NCBI GenBank assembly: GCA_951406725.2
Contig: OX597823.1
Location: 41,974,001-42,038,000 of the forward strand
Direction: 5' to 3'
Length of the DNA stretch: 64,000 nucleotides
From: Octopus vulgaris
Lineage: Eukaryota
Positions within the stretch are counted from its first letter, which is position 1. Each line of letters opens with the position of its first letter. The notes under the pieces were generated by a model, which did no database searches, was not told the DNA's origin, and saw only the letters and a program-made list of their open reading frames with translations. Positions 52,881 through 64,000 of the stretch are shown in pieces. The position numbers were made by a program, and so were the translations under genes.

Positions 52881-53727
52881 GTATGAAAAGTTTCTTCAGT
52901 TTCCATCAGGTAAATCTGCTGTCAAGACTTTGATTGGCTTGGGGCAATTGTAGAAGACACCTACCCATGGCATCACAAGGTGGAACTGAACTCAAAACCA
53001 TGTGGTCAGAAAGTAATCTTCATAACCACACAGCTACACCTGCTTTTATAGTTTAGAAAAGTATCCCATTAATAGATGTTTGTCAAGATCTACCAATCTT
53101 CACACTGCAGTGTAACAAAATGTCTATGTAACATTGTATCGACTATGACATAAACCACAAAAGACGGTAATATCTAGAATAAAAGACATGGACCCCTCAG
53201 AGAATTGGACTGTTATTGAAGATATTCTATTGGAAAGATGACATGAAAATAGGTTGTCAGACATATTTTATTGTCTTCTCTAGAAGAACGGTAAGATGAA
53301 TCTCCAGAAGCCATGTTTCATTCCCCCATCCTTGCCATATTTAATAAGCAAGCATAATATGTAATATCATATTTTGCAATGTATCGCAGTTTTATGGTAG
53401 TTTATAGTTTCTATGACTAAAATATTTTAGGAGTGCCAATATTTTCTGGTACTGAAATTTCTGTGAAGTTGGCATTATTCATGGGTGCAAGGAAACCTAT
53501 GTGGTTAGCACATTCACGTCACAAACAATTCATTCCAGGTTCAATTCCATTGAGTATTTCCTTAGGCAAATGTCTTAGATCATAGATGTATGTCAATGAA
53601 TGCTTTGTGAATGAATAATATTTGGTGATTAGATTAGTAGTGTGTGCATGTGTGTGTGTGTTTTTGTATAAGCATGTGCATTAAAAGGATCAACGGTCCT
53701 TCCTGACCCAGATTCTGTAGTGTATAC

Positions 53728-53769
<42 letters not shown>

Positions 53770-53774
<5 letters not shown>

Positions 53775-53950
53775 CCACTGGACGGGAAGTCAGGTTATCA
53801 TAGAATTGCTCACATTTGCCAGCTGAGTAAAATGGAGTAATGTGAAATGAAGTGTTTTGCTCAAGAGCACAAAATATTGGCTGGACCAGGATTCAAAACC
53901 ACAATCTTATATTTGTGAGTGTAACACCCTGACCACTAAGCCACGCACTT
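53770..53950 (-). mobile_element. SINE family D-like, degraded
   Basis: aagtgttttgctcaagagcacaa...ggattcaaaaccac...gaccactaagccacgc. Confidence 0.6.
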
Positions 53951-54517
53951 CCATAAGCATATACATACATGAGAGAGAGAAAGAGAGAGAAATAGAGAGA
54001 AAGAGAGAGAGGACTGCCAGAGAAGACAGTGGAGCCTGTGGCGGTCTTCAACCCCATCAGATACTGTCAAGCCATCCAACCCATATCAGCATAAAACACG
54101 AACATTAAATGAGGATTATGATGATGATAATGAATATACTTTTATAATATTTTCTTGGCGAAGTATATTACTTTTACTGAGTTAGAGATGACTCACCATT
54201 TGATGAATAAAATCAATGCTACAGAGACCATGTCTCCAGTATGTCTTCAGTATTTTCATAGTTTAAACAAAATATATAATTAACTTCTCGGGAAAATATT
54301 ACAAAAATCTATGAAATTAGAAATGTAAATGAAATATACTGAAATTCATGAGACTTAGCGAGTGCATAAAGTATTTATGCAATTATTATATAACTCATTT
54401 GGTTTGACATCTTGTATTTAAAAAAATATTTAATAAAATGCTTTCTTTTAGTCAGGATATCAATAGATACTAGTCAGCAGTATTTGCACTTAAATATTTT
54501 TGTTCTAGGAACTAAAT

Positions 54518-54561
<44 letters not shown>

Positions 54562-54786
54562 ACACGCATCCACATACATAGACAGACAGACAGACAGGCA
54601 GTCAGATAGATATGGATAAGTAATGAGTGACGAATGGATTAGTTCCCGTTACATATATTGCATGATCTACAACTGTTTCAACAACAAGCAGATGACAAAT
54701 CTTACATTTTGTATATAAACACGGATGAGGAAAATGATTTTGTCATTCCTGTTATGTAATGTATATTATATAAATATCTTCTGCAG

Positions 54787-54821
<35 letters not shown>

Positions 54822-54931
54822 CATCTGTGGACACTGCTCATGGACCTGCCTTTGCCATATCGGACTTGTCAGTCATGAGCGTGCATGCACGCGATGTGGA
54901 CAGCCTTCCTGATCTTAGCCGAGCCATGATG

Positions 54932-54983
<52 letters not shown>

Positions 54984-55472
54984 ACTCACATACACAATAT
55001 ATATTTTATCTTTTACTTGTTTAAGCCATTAGACTGCAGCTATGCTGAGGCACCATCTTGAAGAAGCTTTAGCCAAATGAATTAACCCCCATTACTTATT
55101 TTCTTTTTTTAAGCCTGGCACTTATTCTGTCGGTCTCATTTGCTGAACTGCTAGGTTACAGGGTCGTGAACACACACCAGCGCCAATTGTCAAGTTATGA
55201 TCGAAGACAAACACAGGCATAAAAACTTACACACACACATACATATTTTCGTGTGTTGATACTTATCAAACTTTTCATAAGTGCCAATGCATGAAATTCT
55301 TGAACTTTGGGTTACTCTGTTGGTTTGGCTAAATATTAATGAAAATATATATATATTAATATTTTGAGTTTGATTTTTCCTGTTTGCACCAACATGCCTA
55401 TATATATATAAATATTATGGAGATGTACTTGCATAGCAAGTGATTTGATCTGAGATTGTGGGCTGAAACGAA

Positions 55473-55703
55473 AACAATTGCTGCGTGGAAGGTGTTTGTA
55501 AGCCATTTAAGAAACACACAAAAGCCGTTCGATTCACTTCAACATTTAAGTTTAATTTGTCAAAATATTTTTGTCGCTAAAATCCGCGACCTGTTCACTG
55601 ACAAAAATTCGTGCTGAGATGCAGCACGGATTTTTGTCAGTGAACAGGTTGTGGATTTTGTGTTTTTTAAATGGCTTACAAACACCTTCCACACTGCAAT
55701 TGT

Positions 55704-55704
<1 letters not shown>
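55473..55704. repeat. Fold-back element containing a hammerhead-topology motif (55556-55605, minus strand)
   Basis: Outer arms acaattgc...gtaagccatttaa / ttaaatggcttac...gcaattgt. Inner arms aaaatccgcgacctgttcactgacaaaaattcgtgctg / cagcacggatttttgtcagtgaacaggttgtggatttt. Confidence 0.85.
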
Positions 55705-55737
<33 letters not shown>

Positions 55738-56099
55738 TATATGTGTGTATATATATATATGTATATAAATATATATATATAATGGGTTTCTTTCAGTTTT
55801 CATCCACCAAATCTACTCACAAGGCTTTGGTTGATCCGAGGCGAGGCTATAGTAGAAGTCACTTACTGAATGAAGGTGGATTTGGTTGCCTTGTGAGTGG
55901 ATTTGGTAGACGGAAACTGAAAGAAACCCGGGTTTGATCAGCCCAGGATTATAGTAGGAGACACATGCGCAAGGTGCCACACAGTGGGACTGAACCCAAA
56001 GTAGTATAGCTGGAAAGCAAGCTTCTTACCATTTGCAGTGATCATGATCATGTCTTTAGAGAAAGTCTGATCTCACACACCATTCTTTCTGAAATATTA

Positions 56100-56520
56100 A
56101 TTATTTTGTTTCTATATTTCTTTTGAAATGCACTACCTTTGTTTCAATTAATTTCAAACTAAATGAAGAATTAAAATAACTTTATCATTATTAATTTGGT
56201 TTTGGAACATAAATTAACATGATATTTTAATGGAAGCTTTTAATTCACGTCACTTTAAAACAAGAAGATTGTAACATCGAACTAGGGCAGTCTCAAGTGA
56301 CTTGGTATCAACCTTTCTGTTACCATATTTCTGTTGAAATAAAACTGCCTTTCTTTCAATTGATTTTGAAAATATGAAGAATTTAGTAAAATAATTTTGT
56401 CATTAAGTCGGTATTTCGGACATAAATTAATACCTAAAAGTTTTAAGTGAGGTCACGTTGAAGTATGAAGTTTCTGTCATGAAACTGAAGGCAGTTTCAG
56501 ACAGCTTAATATCAAAAGGG
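56100..56520. mobile_element. Two tandem copies of a ~210 bp piggyBac-type MITE
   Basis: Shared atatttct.ttgaaat...aatgaagaatt...acataaattaa...tatcaa. The second copy ends tatcaaaaggg followed by ttac (decayed TTAA). Confidence 0.6.
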
Positions 56521-57338
56521 TTACGCAAGCTCCTTTATTGAAACAAAAATATAATTTAGTCCAGTCAGCCTAAATCTGGTCCAGTATGTGTGTGTGTGTG
56601 TATGTGTGTGTATTTCTGTGTATGGGTGCTTATTATATCAAGAAGTGACCGTGAACTCAGAGTTTCACTCCAAGCTTGCTGTTCACAACTCTGATGCCAT
56701 CAAAAATTTCCTAGTCCTGAGTAAAACTCTGAGTAGACTGTTAACATTTGTTATAACAAACACATCTACCCATTCTACCTAGCTTACTGAGTTTCTGCAT
56801 CAGAAAAATCATTGGAGCTTTGGACAAAATACTAACTTCTTCCAGCACTTTACCTTCTGAGTTCAAGTTCCACCAAGGTTCACTTTGTCTGACATTTTTT
56901 GGGGGGTTGATAAAATAAATATAATTTGAACAGTGGGGTTGATGTAATTACTTAATCTCCTTCAACTAACATTGCTGGCATTGAGCCTAATTTTGAAACC
57001 ATTATTATTATCACTATCATTATCATTATTGCTGCCATAGTACCTTAAAAACACAACTTCTAATTCAGTCACTAAGTTTAGCCAAGTTTAGCTTAGATGG
57101 ATTAGATGGATGATCACATGGAAACCTAGGTGCCATAAGCAAAAACCTTTAAAAAGCAGCAATAATGTTAACTTATTGATACGTCTTCTAGCTTTGCTTT
57201 CTGAATTCAAATTCCACCAAAGTTGACTTTGCCTTTTAGGGATGATAAAATAAATACCAGTTGAGCACTTTGGCTGATATATTCAACTAACTACCTTGCC
57301 CCAAAATTTCAAGCCTTATGCCTACAGTAGAAAGAAAG

Positions 57339-57755
57339 GCTTGGCTGTCTGGTACAAAGTTTGTTTTCAAACTGCATGGTTCCAGCTTCAGTCCCATAGC
57401 ATGGCACCTTTGACAAATATTTTCTTCTACAGCCTTGGCTCAATCAAATCCTTGTGAGTGGATGGAAACTGAAAGAAGCCTGATATATATATGTATATGT
57501 GTGTGGGTGCACATGTGTATGTGTCTGTGTATGTGCATGTGTGTATATGTCTTTGTGCTCGTCCCCCATCAATGCTTGGCAACCAGTGCTGGTTCATTTA
57601 GATACCAGTAACTTAATGGTTTGGCATAAGAGACTGACGGAATACATGGCAGGCTTTAAAAACTAATTACTGGGGTTGATTTGTTCACCTGAAACCCTTG
57701 AAGGTGGTGGCCCAGCATGACCAAAGTCCAACGACTGAGATTAGTATAAGATAAA
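57339..57755 (+). mobile_element. SINE family A, older copy, preceded by family C copies at 56820 and 57190
   Basis: ttggctgtctggt...gcttcagtccc...ggaaactgaaagaagcc...ccagcatgacc. Confidence 0.8.
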
Positions 57756-58221
57756 ATATTTAATTTTTGATTCTATAATGTTTATTCTGTTTTCTTGCGC
57801 AACAACTGCTGAAGAAGACTTATACCAATCGGAATGAAAAAATTTTTAAACAAAATCTTTCGCATGTTCATTTGTATTTCCTCTGGATAATTATTTGCTC
57901 AAAAGTTGGAAAGACAACAAAAACAAACAAAAATACAGTTGACTAAAATCAAATTTTAAAATAAAATGTATGAAAACATGAGCAAAAAATAAAACAAAAC
58001 AAAACGGCAGCATGTGTTTCGTGGTTGAAAATTTATAAAGAGACAAGCATTATTTTACTTAGATGTGAATGATTTCAATTTTAGAGATTCTCCGTATTTC
58101 ATATCATCATGTTATCTGTACCCAGTTTCCTGTTCTTCTTTTGATATCTCGCTGTCTCACATGAAATCTGCTTTCAAATGCTAATTCACACTTTCAAGTC
58201 CAAAGCTGCTCTGACAGCTCG

Positions 58222-58820
58222 ATATAATGGCTACTGTATAGCTTCATATAACTTATTCGGTCTGCAAATCTAGTTGACAATGTGTTAACCCTTTCATCTT
58301 CCCAATTACTGGCAGCACTGTATCGTCATATAATGGTCGCTACATATAACTCTTCGAACGCTAACTTTCTCTTGCCAGTATTTTAATGCTTTCACAGTTA
58401 CAATTACTATTAACACTGTGACTATTACTCATATCTTCAGCCAACATTTCTAATTGCACATGTGGGTTGTTGGTCTGTTATTTCTCTCAAACCCACAACT
58501 ATTGGTAGCACTACACAATTTAATGGCTAATAAATTCCATTCTAACTGTAAATCCTAAACCAAATTCCATAATCCTTTCACGTCTTCTGCATAAATTAAT
58601 AACCTTACCTAATGGTCACTACATATAACTGTTCTAAGCTGTTGATCCTATTGTCAGTTAGTTAACTTTTTCCATGATCACAGCAGCTGGCAGCCCTATA
58701 TAATTGCTACTACATATAACTAACCTAACTATGAATTCTATTATCAAAGTGCTAACCCTTTTCAGAACCATGTCTGATAGGAAAACTCATAATGGCTACT
58801 GGACATAACCATTCCAGCTG
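58222..58820. repeat. Highly diverged ~90 bp-period tandem array, about 7 units
   Basis: A taatggy..ctacatataac-like motif recurs at 58225, 58331, ~58418, 58521, 58610, 58701 and 58790. Most units are followed by a ttaaccctttca-like motif. Confidence 0.6.
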
Positions 58821-60172
58821 TAAAAAAAAAAAAAAAAAAAAAAATTGTTTTGCTGGATTAAAGTGAAGTGGGTAGATATAAACATTTATCAAAAGCAAAG
58901 AGATCTATGCTCTAGCTATTTTCACATGATTTTACTACAGGAGATGATGACGACTTTTTGGGTGTTACCAGCTGCTCTGTCCACATGAAAATAACTGATG
59001 TATAAACATTGTTACGTCCACGCACTTTAGTTTGGAAAATGGCTTCACTTAATGCTGCATTGATTCGTAAATTGATTTGTGTCAGCTTGTTCTCTCATTA
59101 TAGTTGTAGCTGTTGTTGTTTGTATTTGTAATGTTGTTGTTCTTGCTGCTGCAGTTTTATGCTTTTCTTTCTTTCTTATGTCCTGTCATTGATGTTTTTT
59201 TTTTCTTTCTTTTTAAAGATTTTATTGTTGTCCTGATTGATTTTATTGTTTTTTTATGTTAATTGTTTGTTTGTCTATTTATGTTTGCATGTGAATGTGC
59301 TTGAGACTCTGTGTGTACACTTGTGCATGTGTGTGTGTGTGTGCACTTGTTCATGTGTGTGTTTGCTTCTGCGTGTGTGATCCTTTGCTGTCCATGTTTG
59401 ATGTTTGGGATATGAATTGCTGTGATTATTCTCACTAAAGTTTCTATTTCTGCCAGTGTTATTGATGTAAACGATGTTGTTGCAGTTGATGTTGTTTGTG
59501 CAGCCTGTGTGTAACCGTTGTTTCTTGTCTACTCCTTTCTTCTCTAATGTTTATAGAAACTTATTGCTCTATTTTTTATTGATGTTTCTCGCATCGTTGT
59601 TGTTATTGTTACCCTTGATGTTGCTGCTGTTATTCTTGTTGTCGTGAAATGTAACATGTTGATAAAAATGGTAAAGCACCATTCTCAATGACTTACCCTG
59701 TTTATTTCTGTCTGTCTCCATTTTCACTTGGAATTCTCTTTCTGTGAGAATTCCTACAGTTTCATTTCACTAGCGTTAAAGCCACACAACAGCTAATGAT
59801 AAACATCGTAGAACCAAAACTTTGAATCTTGGTATTGTGTGCAGAGAAGACAGAAAGCCTTACGGTTATTGCTAACAGTCATCTTTGTGGTTGATACAAT
59901 AGCCATGTCAACTGTTGTTGTTGTCATCGTTATCACTGACGTCATCATCATCATCATTGACGTCATCATCATCGATGTCATCATCATCATCGACGTTATC
60001 GTCATCATCAGTGATGTCATCGTCATCACTACCATCACCTCCGCTGCTTAGCCCCTGCTTGAGCAAACCCATGATCAGAGCCAATATAACCATGACCATC
60101 CATTCTTTTCAGCTTTAGATTATCTCAAACTAAATTATTCAGTATTCCCTTTTTTATATAAAAAAAAATATA

Positions 60173-60607
60173 GGCACAGGAGTGGCTGTGTGGTAAGTAG
60201 CTTGCTTACGAACCACATTGTTCTGGGTTCATTCCCACTGCACGGCACCTTGGGCAAGTGTCTTCTATTATAGCCTCGGGCCGACCAATGCCTTGTGAGT
60301 GGATTTGGTAGATGGAAACTGAAAGAAGCCCGTCTTATATAGGTGTGTGTATATATATATGTATGTGTGTGTGTGTGTGTATGTGTGTGTATATTTGTGT
60401 GTCTGTTTGTCCCAGTAACATCGCTTGACAACTGATGGTGGTGATACTTCCCTGTAAATTAGCGGTTCAGCAAAAGAGACCGATGAAATAAGTACTAGGC
60501 TTCCAAAGAATAAGTCCTGGGGTCGATTTGCTCGACTAAAGGTGGTGCTCCAGCATGACCACAGTCAAATGACTGAAACAAGTAAAAGGGTAAAAAGAGA
60601 GAGTAAA
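60173..60607 (+). mobile_element. SINE family A, full length
   Basis: ggcacaggagtggctgtgtggtaag head through to the gaaacaagtaaaa tail. Confidence 0.92.
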
Positions 60608-61264
60608 GATTTGAAAGAGATTTAGCTACTATTTCTAGTGGTCTGGTCAAGCACATATATATCATTGTTCCTCCTTCATTGTCAAAGATGACCAATCTAT
60701 AATAATTAACCTACTCATGCAGCTAAACACCTCCACGACCTTCCACAAGACCATCCCTGCTAACTGTATTGAAAGTCTTCATCAAGTTGACATTATTTCA
60801 CACTCCTACTCTTAGTCTTTTTCCTGGAGTTGTGTCTAGCATTTTGTATACATAAATGATAATGTCCTTCTGTGTATTTAATAGTTCTACAGCCTTCTAT
60901 GTGATCTCAATGGTTTATATATGTTTATATAAATACCTTAATGTCTTCACAAGAGTTACCTTCCTTTGTGTTAAACTGCAGCATTTAATGCGAGGCGTTA
61001 AGTTAACTTTATCATGATTAGGATTATGTATCATCATTGTCATCATCACTATCATCATCAGCATTGTCTGTCATCACCACCATCAGCAGTAGCAGCAGCA
61101 GCAGTATTGCCTATCATTATCTCTATGATCTGCCATAATCACACACCCAATCATCGTCATCGGTAGCAGCAGCATCTACCATCATTATCATTATCATCAT
61201 TTATCTGCAGTATCGTTCACCTTTTCGTCCTAAGCATAAATATTATCATTATTATCAAAGCAGC

Positions 61265-61859
61265 AGCAGCTTGGCAGAATCGTTTGAATGCCAGGCAAAA
61301 TGCTTAGTGGGATTTAACACATCCCTCTGTTCTAAGTTCAAATTCTACAGAGGGCAACTTTACTTTCATCCTTTCAGGACCAATAAATTAAGTACCAGTT
61401 GAATACTGGGGTGTATGTGATCGACTTATCTCCTCCCCTAAAATTTCAGAATTTATGCCAAGACTTGGAACCATTATTATTAGGCACAGGGGTGGCTATG
61501 TGGTAAGAAGCTTGTTTCCCAACCACATGGTTCCAGGTTCAGTCCTACGGCATGGCATCTTAGGTAAGTGTCTTCTGCTATAGCCTCGGGCTCACCAAAG
61601 CCTTGTGACTGGATTTGGTAGGTGGAAACTGAAAGAAGCCCGTCATATATGTGTGTGGGGGGGGAGTGGTTAGCACACTGGATGAAATGCTTAGCGGTAT
61701 TTCACCTGTTGCTACATTCTGAGTTTAAATTCTGCCAAGTTGACTTAGCTTTTCATTTTTTCGGCGTCAATAAATTAAGTACCAGTGGCACACTGGGGTC
61801 GATGTAATCAACTAGTCTCCTCCCCCCAAATTTCAGGCCTTGTACCTATAGTAGAAAGG

Positions 61860-61860
<1 letters not shown>
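61265..61860 (+). mobile_element. SINE cluster: family C (61265-61480), family A 5' half (61483-61655), family C (61665-61860)
   Basis: Family-diagnostic motifs as listed above, with the copies directly abutting. Confidence 0.8.
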
Positions 61861-61945
<85 letters not shown>

Positions 61946-61982
61946 CATTATTATTATTATTATAATTATCATCATTATTATA

Positions 61983-62033
<51 letters not shown>

Positions 62034-62051
62034 ATTATCATCATTATTATA

Positions 62052-62096
<45 letters not shown>

Positions 62097-62125
62097 ATTA
62101 TTATTATTATTATTATTATTATCAT
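61861..62125. repeat. (TTA)n microsatellite, ~265 bp
   Basis: Near-pure trinucleotide tract; it produces the poly-I and poly-N ORFs in the track. Confidence 0.97.
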
Positions 62126-62500
62126 TCAGTAGTCTTATTTTTATCATGTGCTTTTACTGTACTGTCCAGCACAGAACTGTGTGTTTTGGGTATGTGCTAT
62201 AGTTTGTTGTGGTGCTCTTATCTTCATTGTATTGAAAGTGCTTTATGTAGGATGTGTGTGGTGCCTAGTAGTGCAATTTTCTATATGCTATATACATTCA
62301 TAAGTTCTGGCGTATTTGTCTGAATGTTTCTTAACCATACCTAATGCACCAATTATTATAGGGATTGTTTCTGCTTTTAAGCCACGCATTCGAGTTACCT
62401 CTATTTCCAGATCTTAGTATTTTGAGACTTTTTCCATTTCTTTTAGAGGTACATTGTCATCTGTTGGTATTGATACATTGATTAGAAGGCATTTTTTTGT
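62126..62500 (-). mobile_element. R4/Dong-like LINE 3' part
   Basis: Minus strand gives CLLINVSIPTDDNVPLKEMEKVSKY*DLEIEVTRMRGLKAETIPIIIGALGMVKK...IALLGTTHILHKALSIQ*. Confidence 0.88.
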
Positions 62501-62629
62501 TGGTGATTATTTGTTATATTGCACGTTCGGATGATCTCTGCTCAACTCTCTCTGTCTAGATTTCTCCCTCTATATCTATGTATTGGGCGAGCCTACTTCA
62601 TTGTTTTGGGGCACCGACACAACATTATT

Positions 62630-62661
<32 letters not shown>

Positions 62662-62680
62662 TATTATTATTATTATTATT

Positions 62681-62851
62681 GGCCTCCGTGCCGGTGGCAC
62701 ATAAAAAGGCACCCACTACACTCTCGGAGTGGTTGGCGTTAGGAAGGGCATCCAACCGTAGAAACATTGCCAAATCAGACTGGGCCTGGTGCAGTTGAAC
62801 CGTCCAACCCATACTAGCATGGAAAGCAGATACTAAACGATGATGATGATG

Positions 62852-62852
<1 letters not shown>
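62681..62852 (+). mobile_element. Retroposon family B, internally deleted
   Basis: gtgccggtggcacataaaaaggcaccc...gagtggttggcgttaggaagggcatcc...aaacgatgatgatg. Confidence 0.85.
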
Positions 62853-62898
<46 letters not shown>

Positions 62899-63213
62899 TT
62901 AACCAGTATTATCATACCTTTCCTCTTCCTTCACTGTCTACTTGGCCACACCAGCATGCACATAGTCACTGTGACCATTATTATATCATTTCTTCAATTT
63001 TCACTTTTCTCTAAGATTTATTGCTGCTTCTTTTAGCAATTTACGAGTGACCACCATTTATAAATGTGTCGCTGTGATTATCTTATCCAGAAACCATTTT
63101 CCCTGCTCCATTGTCATTTATATTCACAAAGTGCTTGATTGTAATGTATGGAACCTTTGTCATTTACTGATGCCAATTGTGTCTGCGGCTGAAATGTGAG
63201 AATTCAGATGGTC

Positions 63214-63540
63214 GAATGTTGGGTAATGACTGAAAGAATACGGTTGTGGATAGAAAGAGCTGAAATGGGGGTTCCTCCAAAGGAACTCTGCTGTAACATT
63301 ATTTGACTGGGTGCATGAAGTAGGAATCAGGGGGGGGTCTCCAAAGGTTGAACTACTACTTCTCCACATTGAGGAGTCACCGCTCCAGTACTACAAACAT
63401 GTGATTAAAATGCCACAGGAAATAATCACAAGAGGGATTCTTTAAATGGTGCCAATGAGCAGGAGATCTAGAGGTAGACCAAGAACAAAATGGTTAGATA
63501 ATATTCATAGTCTCAGTTGCTAACACTTAGGAATCCAACC
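63214..63540 (+). pseudogene. RTE-clade LINE ORF C-terminal remnant
   Basis: ECWVMTERIRLWIERAEMG/FLQRNSAVTLFDWV...LLLHIEESPLQYYKHVIKMPQE...RRSRGRPRTKWLDNI, matching the RTE-type ExW...EM...RGRPxxxW motifs. Confidence 0.85.
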
Positions 63541-63567
63541 ACATAGACTAATGATGGTTATGCGGAA

Positions 63568-63818
63568 CCATGTGGTTTAGTGGTTAGGGTGCTGCATGCA
63601 TGATTGTAAGATTGTGGTTCCGATTCCTAGACCAGATGACACATCGTGTTCTTGACCAAAATACTTTCATGCTGCTCCAGTCCATTAAGCTGGCAGAAAT
63701 AAGTAATCCTGCGATGGACTGGTGTCCTGTTCAGGTGGGGAATACATACGCCATGAAACTAGGAAACTGGCCTTTATGAGTTGATATGACTTGAGAATGT
63801 AACCTTATCTTTACTTTA
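63568..63818 (+). mobile_element. tRNA-headed SINE, family D-like
   Basis: tggtttagtggttagg A box, ggttccgattcc B box, gtgttcttgaccaaaatact, gctccagtcca. A related copy lies at about 48078-48300. Confidence 0.7.
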
Positions 63819-64000
63819 ATGATGGATGCTTCTGGTAGGACCATATGATAGAGGTTCCTGTGGACTCTATCCTTATGTCATTGAATAGTTGAATTCCTGG
63901 AAATCATGCTGCAATGTGGAGTATTGACACATGAGACCTCCTTTACAATTGACTTTCATAGAAGTCAAAGAGAAAAGTCAGTGGAAAGATCAGAATGGCC

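Noticed and set aside
54818-54932. GC-rich island between TA tracts as an exon
   Set aside because: It has no credible acceptor and the ATG frame stops early. It is more likely a small repeat fragment.
57808-57836. ctgaagaagacttataccaatcggaa as a hammerhead
   Set aside because: The GAAA core, stem III and stem I are not supported.
59900-60050. Asp-rich, Ser-rich or Met-rich ORFs
   Set aside because: A degenerate (CAT/CGT)n trinucleotide tract that is open in several frames.
61785-62147. Long poly-I and poly-N ORFs, and the many YI/CV/TH-rich ORFs elsewhere
   Set aside because: These are translations of (TTA)n, (TA)n and (CA)n microsatellites with no coding signal.

Overview
Eukaryotic, very AT-rich, microsatellite-dense non-coding DNA. 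The SINE and LINE inventory resembles what I recall from coleoid cephalopods (probably Octopus); this is inference, not a database hit. I find no intact protein-coding gene, rRNA, true tRNA or CRISPR array, and most ORFs in the track are translated (TA)n, (CA)n, (TAT)n or (CAT)n repeats or SINE sequence. The window contains dozens of copies of three tRNA-headed SINE families (A, C, D) and a (GAT)n-tailed non-autonomous retroposon (B). It also contains decayed R4/Dong-like, HERO-like, CR1 and RTE LINEs, a Penelope-like reverse transcriptase remnant, a Helitron PIF1 helicase remnant, two Tc1/mariner-superfamily remnants and piggyBac-type MITEs. The most interesting signals are: (1) dispersed minimal type-I hammerhead ribozyme motifs, some inside fold-back elements as expected for Penelope-like pseudo-LTRs, including one with a compensatory G3-C8 core swap (55556-55605); (2) a promoter-like island with CCAAT boxes phased 33/33/34 bp followed by TTTAAA (49700-49830); (3) many long hairpins, a local templated insertion into a LINE, and both young and old tandem arrays.
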